Assembly (NCBI RefSeq): GCF_030144855.1 | Contig: NC_082722.1 | Coordinates: 26,288,001-26,352,000 of the forward strand | Direction of reading: 5' to 3' | Source: Hypanus sabinus | Taxonomy: Eukaryota | DNA: 64,000 nucleotides | Shown here: positions 1 through 11,300 of the stretch, piece after piece | Position numbering within the stretch: position 1 is the stretch's first letter | Layout of the letters: every line of letters starts with the position of its first letter | Position numbers and translations under genes: made by a program | The notes under the pieces: generated by a model | What the model was told of the DNA's origin: nothing | Databases searched by the model: none | The model's input: only the letters and a program-made list of their open reading frames with translations

Positions 1-218
1 CATTATCCCCTAGACAACAATAGAGCTTGTTTCATTAGTGATTATTATTATACCCGCACTTTTAGGTTTAGTATTGATGACGTATATTCTCTGTATATTT
101 GCATTGATATTATTTTTGTGTATTTTTACTAATAAGTACTGTTGGAAATAGTATCACCAGACTCCAACGGTCACTTCTATCTTTGCTGGTAAGACACCCA
201 GTTACGGGGTTCGTAACA
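1..218. mobile_element. Probable 3' end of an LTR (solo or terminal), truncated by the window edge
   Basis: Ends ...ggggttcgtaaca at 218, the GTAACA terminus also seen on the solo LTR type at 20744-21629 (TGTTACG...CGTAGCA). The 5' end is not visible. Confidence 0.35.
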
Positions 219-639
219 CCACACTGTCATGTGTACTCTAAAATGATAATCAATCGAATTGGATGCAGCCCGGCTACCGAACGGTGATAATCTCAGAAGG
301 AAAACAAGGTTCATGTATTCGCGCTTCGGAATGGATATTGTAGAAATTGTTCAGCTTCCTCTTTTGAAATCAAATGCTGGGCCCTTATATAATTGGAGGT
401 GGATATTCAATAATTACAATTGATTTGTTAAATCAATGTAGTAACCAATTGTATCACACGGATAAATCATTTGAAAAAAGAATATGTAAAAATAAAGATA
501 AATGTTTTACTTGATTCAAAACGTGACAGTGCAAACATAGCGCAAAAAACTGGAAACTATTTTACTTTCAAGGAATTCTAAATCTCACGCCATAAAAATC
601 CGTCCATACGCGAAGCAGCAGGTTGTTAATGTTATGGGA

Positions 640-1790
640 AATATGATAGTTTCGCCATCGCATGCACGAGGGGTGCGTGGTCAATGGATGCTGTGAAATG
701 GCGACCCTCTGGAAGAAAACGAAAATGGCTAACAGTCAGATAGAGACCTGGAGATTCACGGTCAAATGTGTTGTACTTGCTTTCGAGGTGACGGGGCTGC
801 CGGCTAAAGAAAGCGAGCGATTGCCACACGCCTCCGACCAACTGTTCGCGCACGGCGCCCACAGCAGTGTCTGAAGCGTCGGCAGTAATGGTGCGCTGCG
901 GAGCGGGTGCGCCATATGGGGCTCATTAAAGAGCGTGTTTCGTGTTGTCAAATGCCCAGCCATGTCCGCTGACCAGTTCAGCACACGATTAGCTGTGTTG
1001 CCTTTCCAGGGGAAGCTTCAGTTCAGCAGCTCGCAGAACAAAGTGGTGAAAGAAATTCACCCCACCGAAAACCTCGTGTTTTCCAGTAGTACAGGCTGGT
1101 AGGAAATCCATAATAGAGGCTGCTTTCGATGGGGAGGGTTTCGCACCTTCTGTGGAGATGCGTAAGCCGAGAAATGCCATGGTTGACAACCCAAACTGGC
1201 ATTTATTAAGGTTCATAACCAACCCCTTGTTGGCAACAATGCTCAAAGCGCGTGCGGAGACTAGATGTATGTTTAGATTTGGATGCACTGGCAGGTTATC
1301 CAGGTCAACAAAAAGAAAGTCTGCGACTTTCATGCAGTGCATAGCAACTGCTGGAAAGTCTGAGCTGCATTTTTTAGCCCTAACGGCAGGTGCAGAAACT
1401 CTGAGGCTAAACGTGGTTATCACAGCCATTTTGGGAATATCCTCAGAGCACACTTGCACCTGATTGTAGCCCCGAACGAAGGCAACTTTGGCAAAAAAAT
1501 TACTTTTGGCTAAACATGCCAAAAAGTCTTGGCGTGTCTGGGACAGGATAACGATCGGGGGTGGTCACCTCATTAAGGCGTCGGAAATCACCACCAGGGC
1601 AGCAACCACCATTGGACGTGGGGACCATATGGAGGCCGAGGTGCTATTCAACTTTTGTATAATGCCAACTCTTTCCATTTTGGCAAACTCAGCCTTCGCG
1701 GTTGCCAGCCATCTTTTCTGGGTCCAGTCTACACGCGCAGGCATGGGCTGGAAGGCCAGTTGTGGAAATGTGCTGCTTGACCCCATGTTT
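640..1790 (-). mobile_element. Degenerate Ty3/Gypsy pol fragment (RT and RNase H)
   Basis: Minus ORFs carry Gypsy motifs: LATAKAEFAKMERVGII, VRGYNQVQVCSEDIPKMAVITTF, NLNKCQFGLSTMAFLG, and RNase H EQLVGGVWQSLAFFSRQ...FDRE. Multiple frameshifts. Confidence 0.85.
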
Positions 1791-1800
1791 TGTTACTGTA

Positions 1801-3790
1801 ATAGAAACATAGAAACGTAGAAAACATACAGCACAGTACAGGCACTTCGGCACAATACAGGCTCTTTGGCCTACAATGCTGTGCCGAACATGAACTCACT
1901 TTAGAAATTACCTGGGCTACACATAGCCCTCTATTTTTCTAAGCTCTATGTACCTATCCAGGAGTCTCTTAAAAGACCCCATTGTATCTGCCTCCACCAC
2001 TGTTGCTGGCAGCCTATTCCACGCACTCACACTCTCTGCATAAAAAATACTTACCCCTGACATCTCCTCTGTACCTACCTTCAAGCACTTAAAACTGTGC
2101 CCTCTTCTCCTAGCCATTTCAGCCCTGGGAAAAAGCCTCTGACTATCCACACAATCAATGCCTCTCATTATTTTATACACCGCTGTCAGGTCACCTCTCA
2201 TCTTCTGCCGCTCCAAGGAGAAAAGGCCGAGTTCACTCAATCTATTCTCATAAGGCATGCTCCCCAATCCAGGCAACATCCTTGTAAATCTCCTCTGCAC
2301 CCTTTCTGTAGTTTCCACATCCTTCCTGTAGTGAGGCGACCAGAACTGAGCACAGTACTCCAAGAGGGGTCTGACCAGGATACAATTTATACACATTACC
2401 TATCGGCTCTTAAACTCAATCCCATTGTTGATGACAGCCAATGCACCATATGCCTTCTTATCAACAGGGTCAACCTGCGCAGCAGCTTTGAGTGTCCAAT
2501 GTACTCGGACCCTAAGATTCTTCTGATCCTCCACATTGCCAAGGGTCTTACGATCAATAATATATTTTGCCATCATATTTGACCTTCCAAAATGAATCAC
2601 CTCACACTTATCTGTGTTGAACTCTATCTGCCACTTCTCAGCCCAGTTTTGTATCCTATCGATGTCCTCCACACTATCCACAACACCCACAACCCTTGTG
2701 TCATACGAAAATTTATTAACCCATCCTTCCACTTCCTCATCCAGATCATTTATAAAAATTATAAAGAGAAGGGATCCCAGAACAGATCACTGAAGCACAC
2801 CACTGGTCACGGACCTCCATACAGAATATGATTCATTAACAACTGCCTTCTGTAGGCAAGCCAATTCAGGATCCACAAACATTGAATCCTATGCCTCCTT
2901 ACTTTCTCAATAAGCCTTACATGGGGTACCTTATCAAATGCTTTGCTGAAATCCATATACACCAGATCTCCTGCTCTACCTTCATCAATGTTTTTTTGGT
3001 TGCATCCTTAAAATAATTCAATCAGGCTCATAAGGCATATGAGCCCTGCTGACTATTCGTAATCATTATGCCTCTCCAAATGTTCATAAATCCTGCCTCA
3101 AGATCTTCTCCATCAACTTACTAACCACTGAGATAAGTCTCACTGGTCTATAATTTCGTGGAATATCTCTAAGCCCTTTCTTGAATAACAGAATAACATC
3201 CGCAACTCTTCAATCCTCTGGGACCCCTCCATGCCCATTGATGATGCAAAGATGATTGTCAGAGACTCTGCAATCTCCTCCCTCATATCCAACAGTATCC
3301 TGGGGTACATCTCATCCAGTCCCAGAGACTTACCCAACTTGATGCTTTCTAAAAGCTCCAGCACATCTGCTTTCTTAATGTCCATATGCTCAAGCTATTC
3401 AATCCACTGTATGTCATACCTACAATCGCCATGATACATTTCTGTAGTAAATGCTAAAGCAAAGGTAGCAACATGTTCGGCACAACCTTTTGGGCCAAAG
3501 GGCTTGTATTGTGCTGGCAGTTTTCTATGTTTCTAAAGTATTCATTAAGTACCTCTGCTTTCTCCTCCAGTTCCATACACACTTTCCCACTGTCACACTT
3601 GACTGGTCCTATTCTCTCACGTCTTATCCTTTTGCTCTTCACATACTTGTAGAATTCCTTAGGATTTTCTTTAATCCTGCTCACCAACGCCTTCTCATGG
3701 CCTCTTCTGGCTCTCCTAATTTGATTCCCAAGCTCCTTCCTTCTAGTCACATAATCTTCTAGATCTCTATCATTACCTAGTTTTTTGAAA
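1801..3790 (-). mobile_element. 5'-truncated CR1 LINE (ORF2 RT, 3' UTR and microsatellite tail)
   Basis: (atagaaac)n tail at ~1801-1825. ORFs 1917-2396 (LVRPLLEYCAQFWSP...QRRFTRMLPGL), 2400-2732 (WAEKWQIEFNTDKCEVIHFG) and 3140-3385 (GLDEMYPRIL) are typical of CR1 ORF2. Confidence 0.93.
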
Positions 3791-4929
3791 CTATCGTAAG
3801 TAAGAATTTGAAATAATGATTTTCTTCATTGATCCAGCCTTTTAACTTACAAGACCAAACTCAAAACAATAATTCTCTGGACATTTTTAGAAAGCAACTG
3901 AATAGTAACAATGTAAAGCTAACTAATACCGATATGAACAGGAGAAAATCTGCAGATGCTGGAAATCGGAGCAATACACACAAAATGATGGAGAAATTCA
4001 ACATTCTGATATGAGCTGCAGTGCAGAACGAAAGCATGGCCTGAGAATATGATTGCATCAGCCATGATCGAGGGGGAGGTTCTTCGTCCTATTAAGCTTC
4101 CCCGTTATTTGTGAGAATGCAGAGGGACGAATGAAGAACAGAAAATGAAGATCTTAGCGATTTAGGAGAGAGCTGAAAAGAACAAAGTATTATGGTAGTC
4201 TCTAAACTGCTTAGAGTACACAATATTGTGGACTCTACCATTCGAAGCTCGTGATCTTGGACTTTATGTGCAATTAACATTCTAAATACTTATAAGTGGG
4301 CTGCTGATGCGGGAAGCATCTTGCGAAATGCTGGGTACACCTATAATATGTCACTTGATCAAGAATTGTTTGTTTATGTGTAAAAGAATGGAATTCCATA
4401 CTAGTGAAATAGTCTGACTTCTTCAGTATTTGTTGCTTCCATCTATCATGACCAGCTGCTTGGAGCACACTAAATCTTGCCTCCAAACACGGAAGAAGGG
4501 CGAAATTCTAAGATTACTTGTTTGCAATGAACATTCAACGTAAATTCTGTTTTAAAACAAATGTCTTATACCCTCAGTTTATATCGTGTAGGGTGAATGA
4601 AGTAATTGTGTTCGTGTAGTACATGTAAGGTACCAAATTCCGAACATTTGCCAAATATGAGACAAAGCAAAACTTAAACTCTGAATCACAGTGATATAAC
4701 AAAGGGAGAAACTATCTGCTGGTGAGTGAAGGTGTATTTAATCGATGTAGTTTTATCGGAAATATGGTATGGGGCAAAATCAACACCAGGATTGGAATTC
4801 CTGAACATGTAGGTTGATACTTAATCACCACCTGTAACAAATGCATAGGGAGCGGTCCTATGAAAGGACTTTGACAAAATTCTGTCTCTTCGTAATTACC
4901 TTCAATATTAGGTTCGATTTTGTCATTTA

Positions 4930-5075
4930 AATAAATGGATAGGTATATGGACAGGAAAGGAATGGAGGGTTATGGGCTGAGTGCAGGTTGGTGGGACTAG
5001 GTAAGAGTATGCGTTCGGCTGGGACTAGAACGGCCGAGACGGCCTGTTTCCGTGCTGTAATTGTTATATGGTTAA
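4930..5075 (+). mobile_element. CR1 3' UTR fragment
   Basis: Reverse-complement match to the 3' end of the CR1 at 8378-8520 (ggacaggaaaggaatggagggttatgggctgagtgc...ggcctgtttccgtgctg). Confidence 0.8.
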
Positions 5076-5394
5076 ATTATTGGGTAACACAGTTGAAATG
5101 GATGACTAGTGTTTATCTCTGTTTTTATTGTGTAGTTTGCCATGAATTCGGGTTTGTCACTCAAAAAGCTGTGGAAGCCATCACAGTGGGAACATATGTT
5201 TCATCTGCTCGATACATATACAAGAAGCCTAGAGGGTACAGTATTATAAACTCATGAAGTTCGCGAGTAACGTCAGCATGTAATGCAAAAGTGAATTGTT
5301 GCTTCACCGGGATTCCTTTGGGGAGTTCACGAGTTATGTGTAGAGTATTGATCATATTAAAGAATGTTTCTGACAGACGTGATTTATTAGGTTG

Positions 5395-5490
5395 AAAACA
5401 CAAAATGTTGGCAGAACTCAGCAGGCCAGACAGCATCTATGGGAGGAGGTAGTGACGACGTTTCGGGCCGAAACCCTTCATCAGGAGTAT
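5395..5490 (-). repeat. Penelope-derived short repeat fragment
   Basis: gcagaactcagcaggccagacagcatc...cgtttcgggccgaaacccttcatcagg, the reverse complement of the repeat end seen at ~35610-35690 and ~39880-39950. Confidence 0.7.
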
Positions 5491-5790
5491 TCAGTTGAAT
5501 AGAATCGTCTTAGATTTGATGATACACGTTCAATAAATGTACTAATACCTATTGTCATCAGAAGTATAGGAAGATACAGCCGAGCCTGTTCTTAGACTCA
5601 GAACGCAGCTCGTATGTGTCTGCAGCAGCTAAAAAACAGATTTCTTTGTTCTACAGTTCTACGCTGCCTATTTGGCCATTTTTCTACTAGATTGTAGTCA
5701 GATTTGAAAGGAGCTTATAAATTGACACTGTTTATTCCCATGTGTGGATTTATTTTTAAATGTGTAAATGCTTCACGGTTTCCTTTCAAG

Positions 5791-5889
5791 GCGCTGATAC
5801 CAGATTGATTCTCATGTGTGCAGTGAGAGGATCGGAAATTTTAGTTCTGTTAATAGTTCTGCTGAATCTCAAGTTAAAGAGATCGCACG
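5791..5889 (+). CDS. Gene A transmembrane exon (phase 1-1): (G)ADTRLILMCAVRGSEILVLLIVLLNLKLKRSH(G)
   Basis: Acceptor tttcctttcaag, donor CACG|gtaag; 99 nt open frame; hydrophobic run followed by basic stop-transfer residues. The downstream intron start is homologous to the intron after the gene B TM exon (tgacaaac...attagacgcgttaatga). Confidence 0.82.
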
Positions 5890-6533
5890 GTAAGGGTCCT
5901 GATTGCTGACAAACAACACCTCTATTCGTACAAATTAGACGCGTTAATGATATTTAACTTCGAATTTGCAAATGACATTTGCAGAATGATTGGACTTAGA
6001 TCGCGGTTTTCGAGGTCTGATTTGAGTGATAGTATTCCGCCACAATACATGCAGGATCTTAAAATTCAACTATTTCACCAATCCACTCGATGTACTTCAT
6101 ATCTCATTCACGGCTGCCTTTATATCCAATTGGAGTTCTTCCAAAGTCTTTTTTTTTAAACAATGGCAGATCCATATTTTGAAACGTAAGCTACTTGGTG
6201 TAGATTTAGCCTCCCTCCGATTGTCTAAAGGACATTGACTAACTTATGTACGTCTCACTGGTTTTAATTTCCACGTTGGTTAAAATACTTAAATACGGAA
6301 TGGCCGCTGTTATGCCAGTAACACTTTACAGTCTCGTTGAAAGTCAAAGCCTTCTGAGCATAGCAGCAGGTGAATGCAGAACACAGCATATTAGCACGAC
6401 TGTTACCAACAAATACTTCTGAACGATCCGTACCTTCAGCAGTTCCACTTACACAATTAAATCAATTGGTTTCAAACGAATAGTGTTCAATATTTGCAAA
6501 GAAAATCGTTTATTTTTAATTTCTTTTCTGAAG

Positions 6534-6577
6534 GGGGAAACACAAAATCTTTGGTCGGATGTCAGAATGAAGAGCCG
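6534..6577 (+). CDS. Gene A cytoplasmic exon 1 (phase 1-0): GNTKSLVGCQNEEP
   Basis: Acceptor ttcttttctgaag, donor CCG|gtaggt; 44 nt. Same length, phase and 3' end (GAGCCG/GAACCG|gtaggtga) as gene B exon 60551-60594. Confidence 0.8.
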
Positions 6578-8377
6578 GTAGGTGAAGCGACTCGTCTTGT
6601 TTCAGAGCAGAATATTCGCATAGCAAAGCTATTACGAATCTATTGTACTCCATTGCACTTTGGAGCGTAGGAGGAAAAATAAAACTATTTTCCCCGTGAA
6701 ATATTTATTTTCAAGTATATATCCAAGATTTATTTGAATGTTCCCGTTGCATCTGCTTCCTGTTTCCTTTCAAGATTCCATACCGGTTCATAACCGGTTA
6801 GATTGGAAGTTGAACGGTAATATTTTCCAGTGGAAGGTCAGTTGTTTTGACGAATAATTTAGCACACAACTGAGACTGCCTACAACTACTAAATGCTGGT
6901 TTCAAGAATCGCAGTTGACTGGACAATGGGAAAGTACAGTACGTGCACTAATTAATTCGTAATGTGTGTTACATTTGATCTGACGGACAGTAAGCAAGGT
7001 AAACATGTAACGAAATCTTGTTTTGTTGAAATGGTCTTTGCAATATTAAATGCAGTTTTATCCACAATCCGCAACAAAGATACACACAGCGGTGCCTAAC
7101 CTGCAATGGAACCGAATATACTTGCAACAAAATCCTGTAATATGTGGTGAACAATGATAACCACGTATTAAACGAAGCTCCACATGGCACCGTCTAGTCC
7201 ACGATGCTACGCTGAATGAATACCATCCTCAATTTGGGATACAAAGCCTAAAACGGATAAAAATATTGTCGTCTACCATTTGGATTCAAACCAGAAATTA
7301 ATCTGTAGCTACTGACCGATTTTGGTAAGAGAAAATGTTGACCTTCCAGATTGAAGACCTTTCCTCCAGAATGCAGCGGAAACGTTAACTATTTCTCTTT
7401 AATTGGTGGTTCCTGCTCTACTAAAAATTTGTCTATTCTATTTCTCTGTTTTGTTTGATGGTTCCAGCACTTCAATGTTATTTTTTTCCTAACTGGATAC
7501 ATTTTCCTGATAACATTTGACTTCTTGTGTTTCAATAATCACTTTCCCCAGTTTAACGCATTTAGTTTTAATTTTACCTGACGAGATTTTGTGCAAATGA
7601 AGCAACTGCAGCAACTAAGATATGGTAGTCATGCATCCGTCACTGATCTGATTATAGCAGAGTTCGGCTAAAACTGCTACCAGTGTTGGTAACACTTCCG
7701 GAAAGGCAGGGCTACATCTTAAAGTAGTATCTTATGTTGAAGCTGAAGAACTCATGATTAAATTTTTATTATTACCTTTTTTTTTCTCTGTAGTGTTATG
7801 CTATAGTGTTAGCAAAAATAAAGCCATTTTTATCATTTACGTCAATTTGCTCTACCTACCTCGATGGTAAGTGATTTACCAGCAAAACCAATTAAATCAA
7901 CGGAAACCCAGGATGCCACTCCCATGTTTTCGGTCTGAGTTAAGCGAGATTTATCATCGGGACTTCCCATTTGCTCCAATACTCTGAACTTAAATAATGT
8001 GAGTGGTAAGGGTCACAGTTTCAGTTTGCACCGTCGGGACGAATTCTGGTTACGACAGTGATTACAACAATTTGAAACATGCGTAAAAGATAGAACATGG
8101 GCCTGTGCCCATGCACAAAATTTAGAGCGATGTGAGAGATAGGACTTAGGAGATGAAAAAACACATCTGCCAGAACTGAGAAAACCATCCTATTCACAGG
8201 ACTGTTATGAACGGTGATTTGAAAATCTAAAGGTAACGACTTGTAGCCGGAAACGGTCGAGATCCCACCTCCAGTATGATGTACGAACAGTATCATTTGT
8301 GCGCAGAGAGAATGTTATTCCAACAAGCTTTTATCCTCGGTGTTTAGGTTTGAATGAATGATTTTCATTGTCATTAT

Positions 8378-11300
8378 ATAACCATATAACCATATAACAA
8401 TCACAGCACGGAAACAGGCCATCTCGGCCCTCCTAGTCCGTGCCGAACTCTTAATCTCACCTAGTCCCACCTACCCGCACTCAGCCCATAACCCTCCACT
8501 CCTTTCCTGTCCATTTTTACCTTAAATGACACAACTGAACTGGCCTTTACTACTTCTACAGGAAGCTCATTCCACACAGCTATCACTCTCTGAGTAAAGA
8601 AATACCTCCTCGTGTTTCCCTTAAACTTCTGCCCCCTAACTCTCAAATCATGTCCTCTCGTTTGAATCTCCCCTACTCTCAATGGAAACAGCTTATTCAC
8701 GTCAACTCTATCTATCCCTCGCAAAATTTTAAATACCTCGATCAAATCCCCCCTCAACCTTCTACGCTCCAATGAATAGAGAACTAACTTGTTCAACCTT
8801 TCTCTGTAACTTAAATGCTGAAACCCAGGTAACATCCTAGTAAATCGACTCTGCACTCTCTCTAATTTATTGATATCTTTCCTATAATTCGGTGACCAGA
8901 ACTGCACACAATATTCCAAATTTGGCCTTACCAATGCCTTGTACAATTTTAACATTACATCCCAACTTCTGTACTCAATGCTTTGATTTATAAAGGCCAT
9001 CATTCCAAAAGCCTTCTTCACCACCCTATCTACATGAGACTCCACCTTCAGGGAACTATGCACTGTTATTCCTAGATCTCTCTATTCCTCTGCATTCCTC
9101 AATGCCCTACCATTTACCCTGTATGTTGTATTTGGATTATTCCTGCCAAAATGTAGAACCTCACACTTCTCAGCATTAACCTCCATCTGCCAACGTTCAG
9201 CCCATTCTTCTAACCGGCATAAATCTTCCTGCAAGCTTTGAAAACCCACCTCATTATCCACAACACCTCCTACCTTAGTATCATCGGCATACTTACTAAT
9301 CCAATTTACCACCCCATCATCCAGATCATTTATGTATATTACAAACAACATTGGGCCCAAAACAGATCCCTGAGGCACCCCGCTAGTCACCGGCCTCCAT
9401 CCCGATAAACAATTATCCACCACTACTCTCTGGCATCTCCCATCTAGCCACTGTTGAATCTATTTTATTACTCCAGCATTAATACCTAACGACTGAACCT
9501 TCTTAACTAACCTTCCATGTGGGACTTTGTCAAAGGCTTTGCAGAAATCCATATAGACTACATCCACTGCCTTACACTCGTCAACATTCCTCGTAACTTC
9601 TTCAAAAAATTCAATAAGGTTTGTCAAACATAACCTTCCACGCACAAATCCATGCTGGCTACTCCTAATCAGATCCTGTCAATCCAGATAATTATTAATA
9701 CTACCTCTAAGAATATTTTCCATTAATTTACCCACCACTGATGTCAAACTGACAGGTCTATAATTGCTAGGCTTACTTCTAGAACCCTTTTTAAACAATG
9801 GAACCACATGCGCAATACGCCAATCCTCAGGCACAATCCCTGTTTCTAATGACATCTTAATGATCTCCGTCAGAGCTCCTGCTATTTCTACACAAACTTC
9901 CCTCAAGGTCCTGGGGAATATCCTGTCAGGACCCGGAGATATATCCACTTTTAATTTTTTTTAAAAGCGCCAGTACTTCCACCTCTTTAATTGTCATAGG
10001 TTCCATAACTTCCTTACTTGTTTCCCACACCTTACACAATTCAATATCCTTCTCCTTAGTGAATACCGAAGAGAAGAAATCGTTCAAAATCTCTCCCATC
10101 TCCCACATAGCTGACCACTCTGATTCTCTAAGGGGCCAATTTTAACCCTCACTATCCTCTTGCTTTTAATATAACTGTACAAACCTTTCAGATTTACATT
10201 CACCTTATTTGCCAAACCAACCTCGTATCTTCTTTAAGCTTTTCTAATCTCTTTCTTAAGATTCCTTTTACATTCTTTATATACCTCGAGCAATTCCTTT
10301 ACTCCATGCTTCCTATATCTATTGTAGACATCCCTCTTTTTCCGAACCAAATTTCTAATATCCCTTGAAAACCATGGTGCTTTCAAACCTTTAACCTTTC
10401 CTTTCAACCTAACAGGAACATAAAGATTCTGTACCCTCATAATTTCACCCTTAAATGACCTCCATTTCTCTATTACATCCTTCCCATAAAACAACTTGAC
10501 CCAATCCACTCTCTCTAAATCCCTTCGCATCTCCTCAAAGTTAGCCTTTCTCCAATCAAAAATCTCAACTCTAGGTCCAGTCCTGTCCTTCTCCATAATT
10601 ATATTGAAGCTAATGCTATTGTGATCACTGGACCCGAAGTGCTCCCCAACACATACTGTTGGAGTTTTTTGAGGGTGTAACAAGGATGTTAGACGAGGGT
10701 AAGCCAGTGGATGTTGTGTACCTAGATTTTCAGAAGGCATTCGATAAGGTGCCGCATAGGAGATTTGTGAGTAAATTAAGAGCTCAGAGCTCATGGCATT
10801 GGGGGCAGGGTTTCAACATGGATAGAAAACTGGTTGGCAGATAGAAAGCAAAGGGTAGCAGTGAATGGGTGTTTCTCGGACTGGCTGGAGGTGACTAGTG
10901 GGGTACCACAGGGCTCTGTATTGGGACCACAGCTCTTTACGATTGATGTCAACGATTTAGATGTGGGCATTGATAACTATATCAGCAAGTTTGCTGACGA
11001 TACTAAACTGGGTGGCAGTGTGACCTGCGAAGAGGACGTTAGGAGAATACAGGGAGACTTGGATAGGCTGGGTGAGTGGGCAGATACTTGGCAGATGTCA
11101 TTCAATGTGAATAAATGTGAAGTTATCCACTTTGGAAGCAGGAACAAGAGGGCAGAGTATTGTCTGAACGGTGTAGAGTTAGGTAAGGGAGAAATGCAAA
11201 GAGACCTAGGAGTCCTAGTTCACCAGTCAATGAAGGTGAATGAGCAAGTGCAACAGGCAGTGAAGAGGGCAAATGGAATGTTGGCCTTTGTTACAAGGGG

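Noticed and set aside
4092-4486. Short ORFs and a CKRMEFHTSEIV string as a possible gene A C1 exon
   Set aside because: In-frame stops, no FYP/W/YxC pattern, and no nucleotide similarity to 57303-57599.
4687-4725. CACAGTG heptamer, possible RAG recombination signal
   Set aside because: No ACAAAAACC-like nonamer at 12- or 23-bp spacing (gagaaacta, tgctggtga), and no adjacent V, D or J segment.
7754-7866. Signal-peptide-like reading MIKFLLLPFFFSVVLCYS as the leader of a nested gene
   Set aside because: Hydrophobicity comes from a poly-T/polypyrimidine tract, it ends in phase 2 (IgSF leaders here are phase 1), and no V exon follows.
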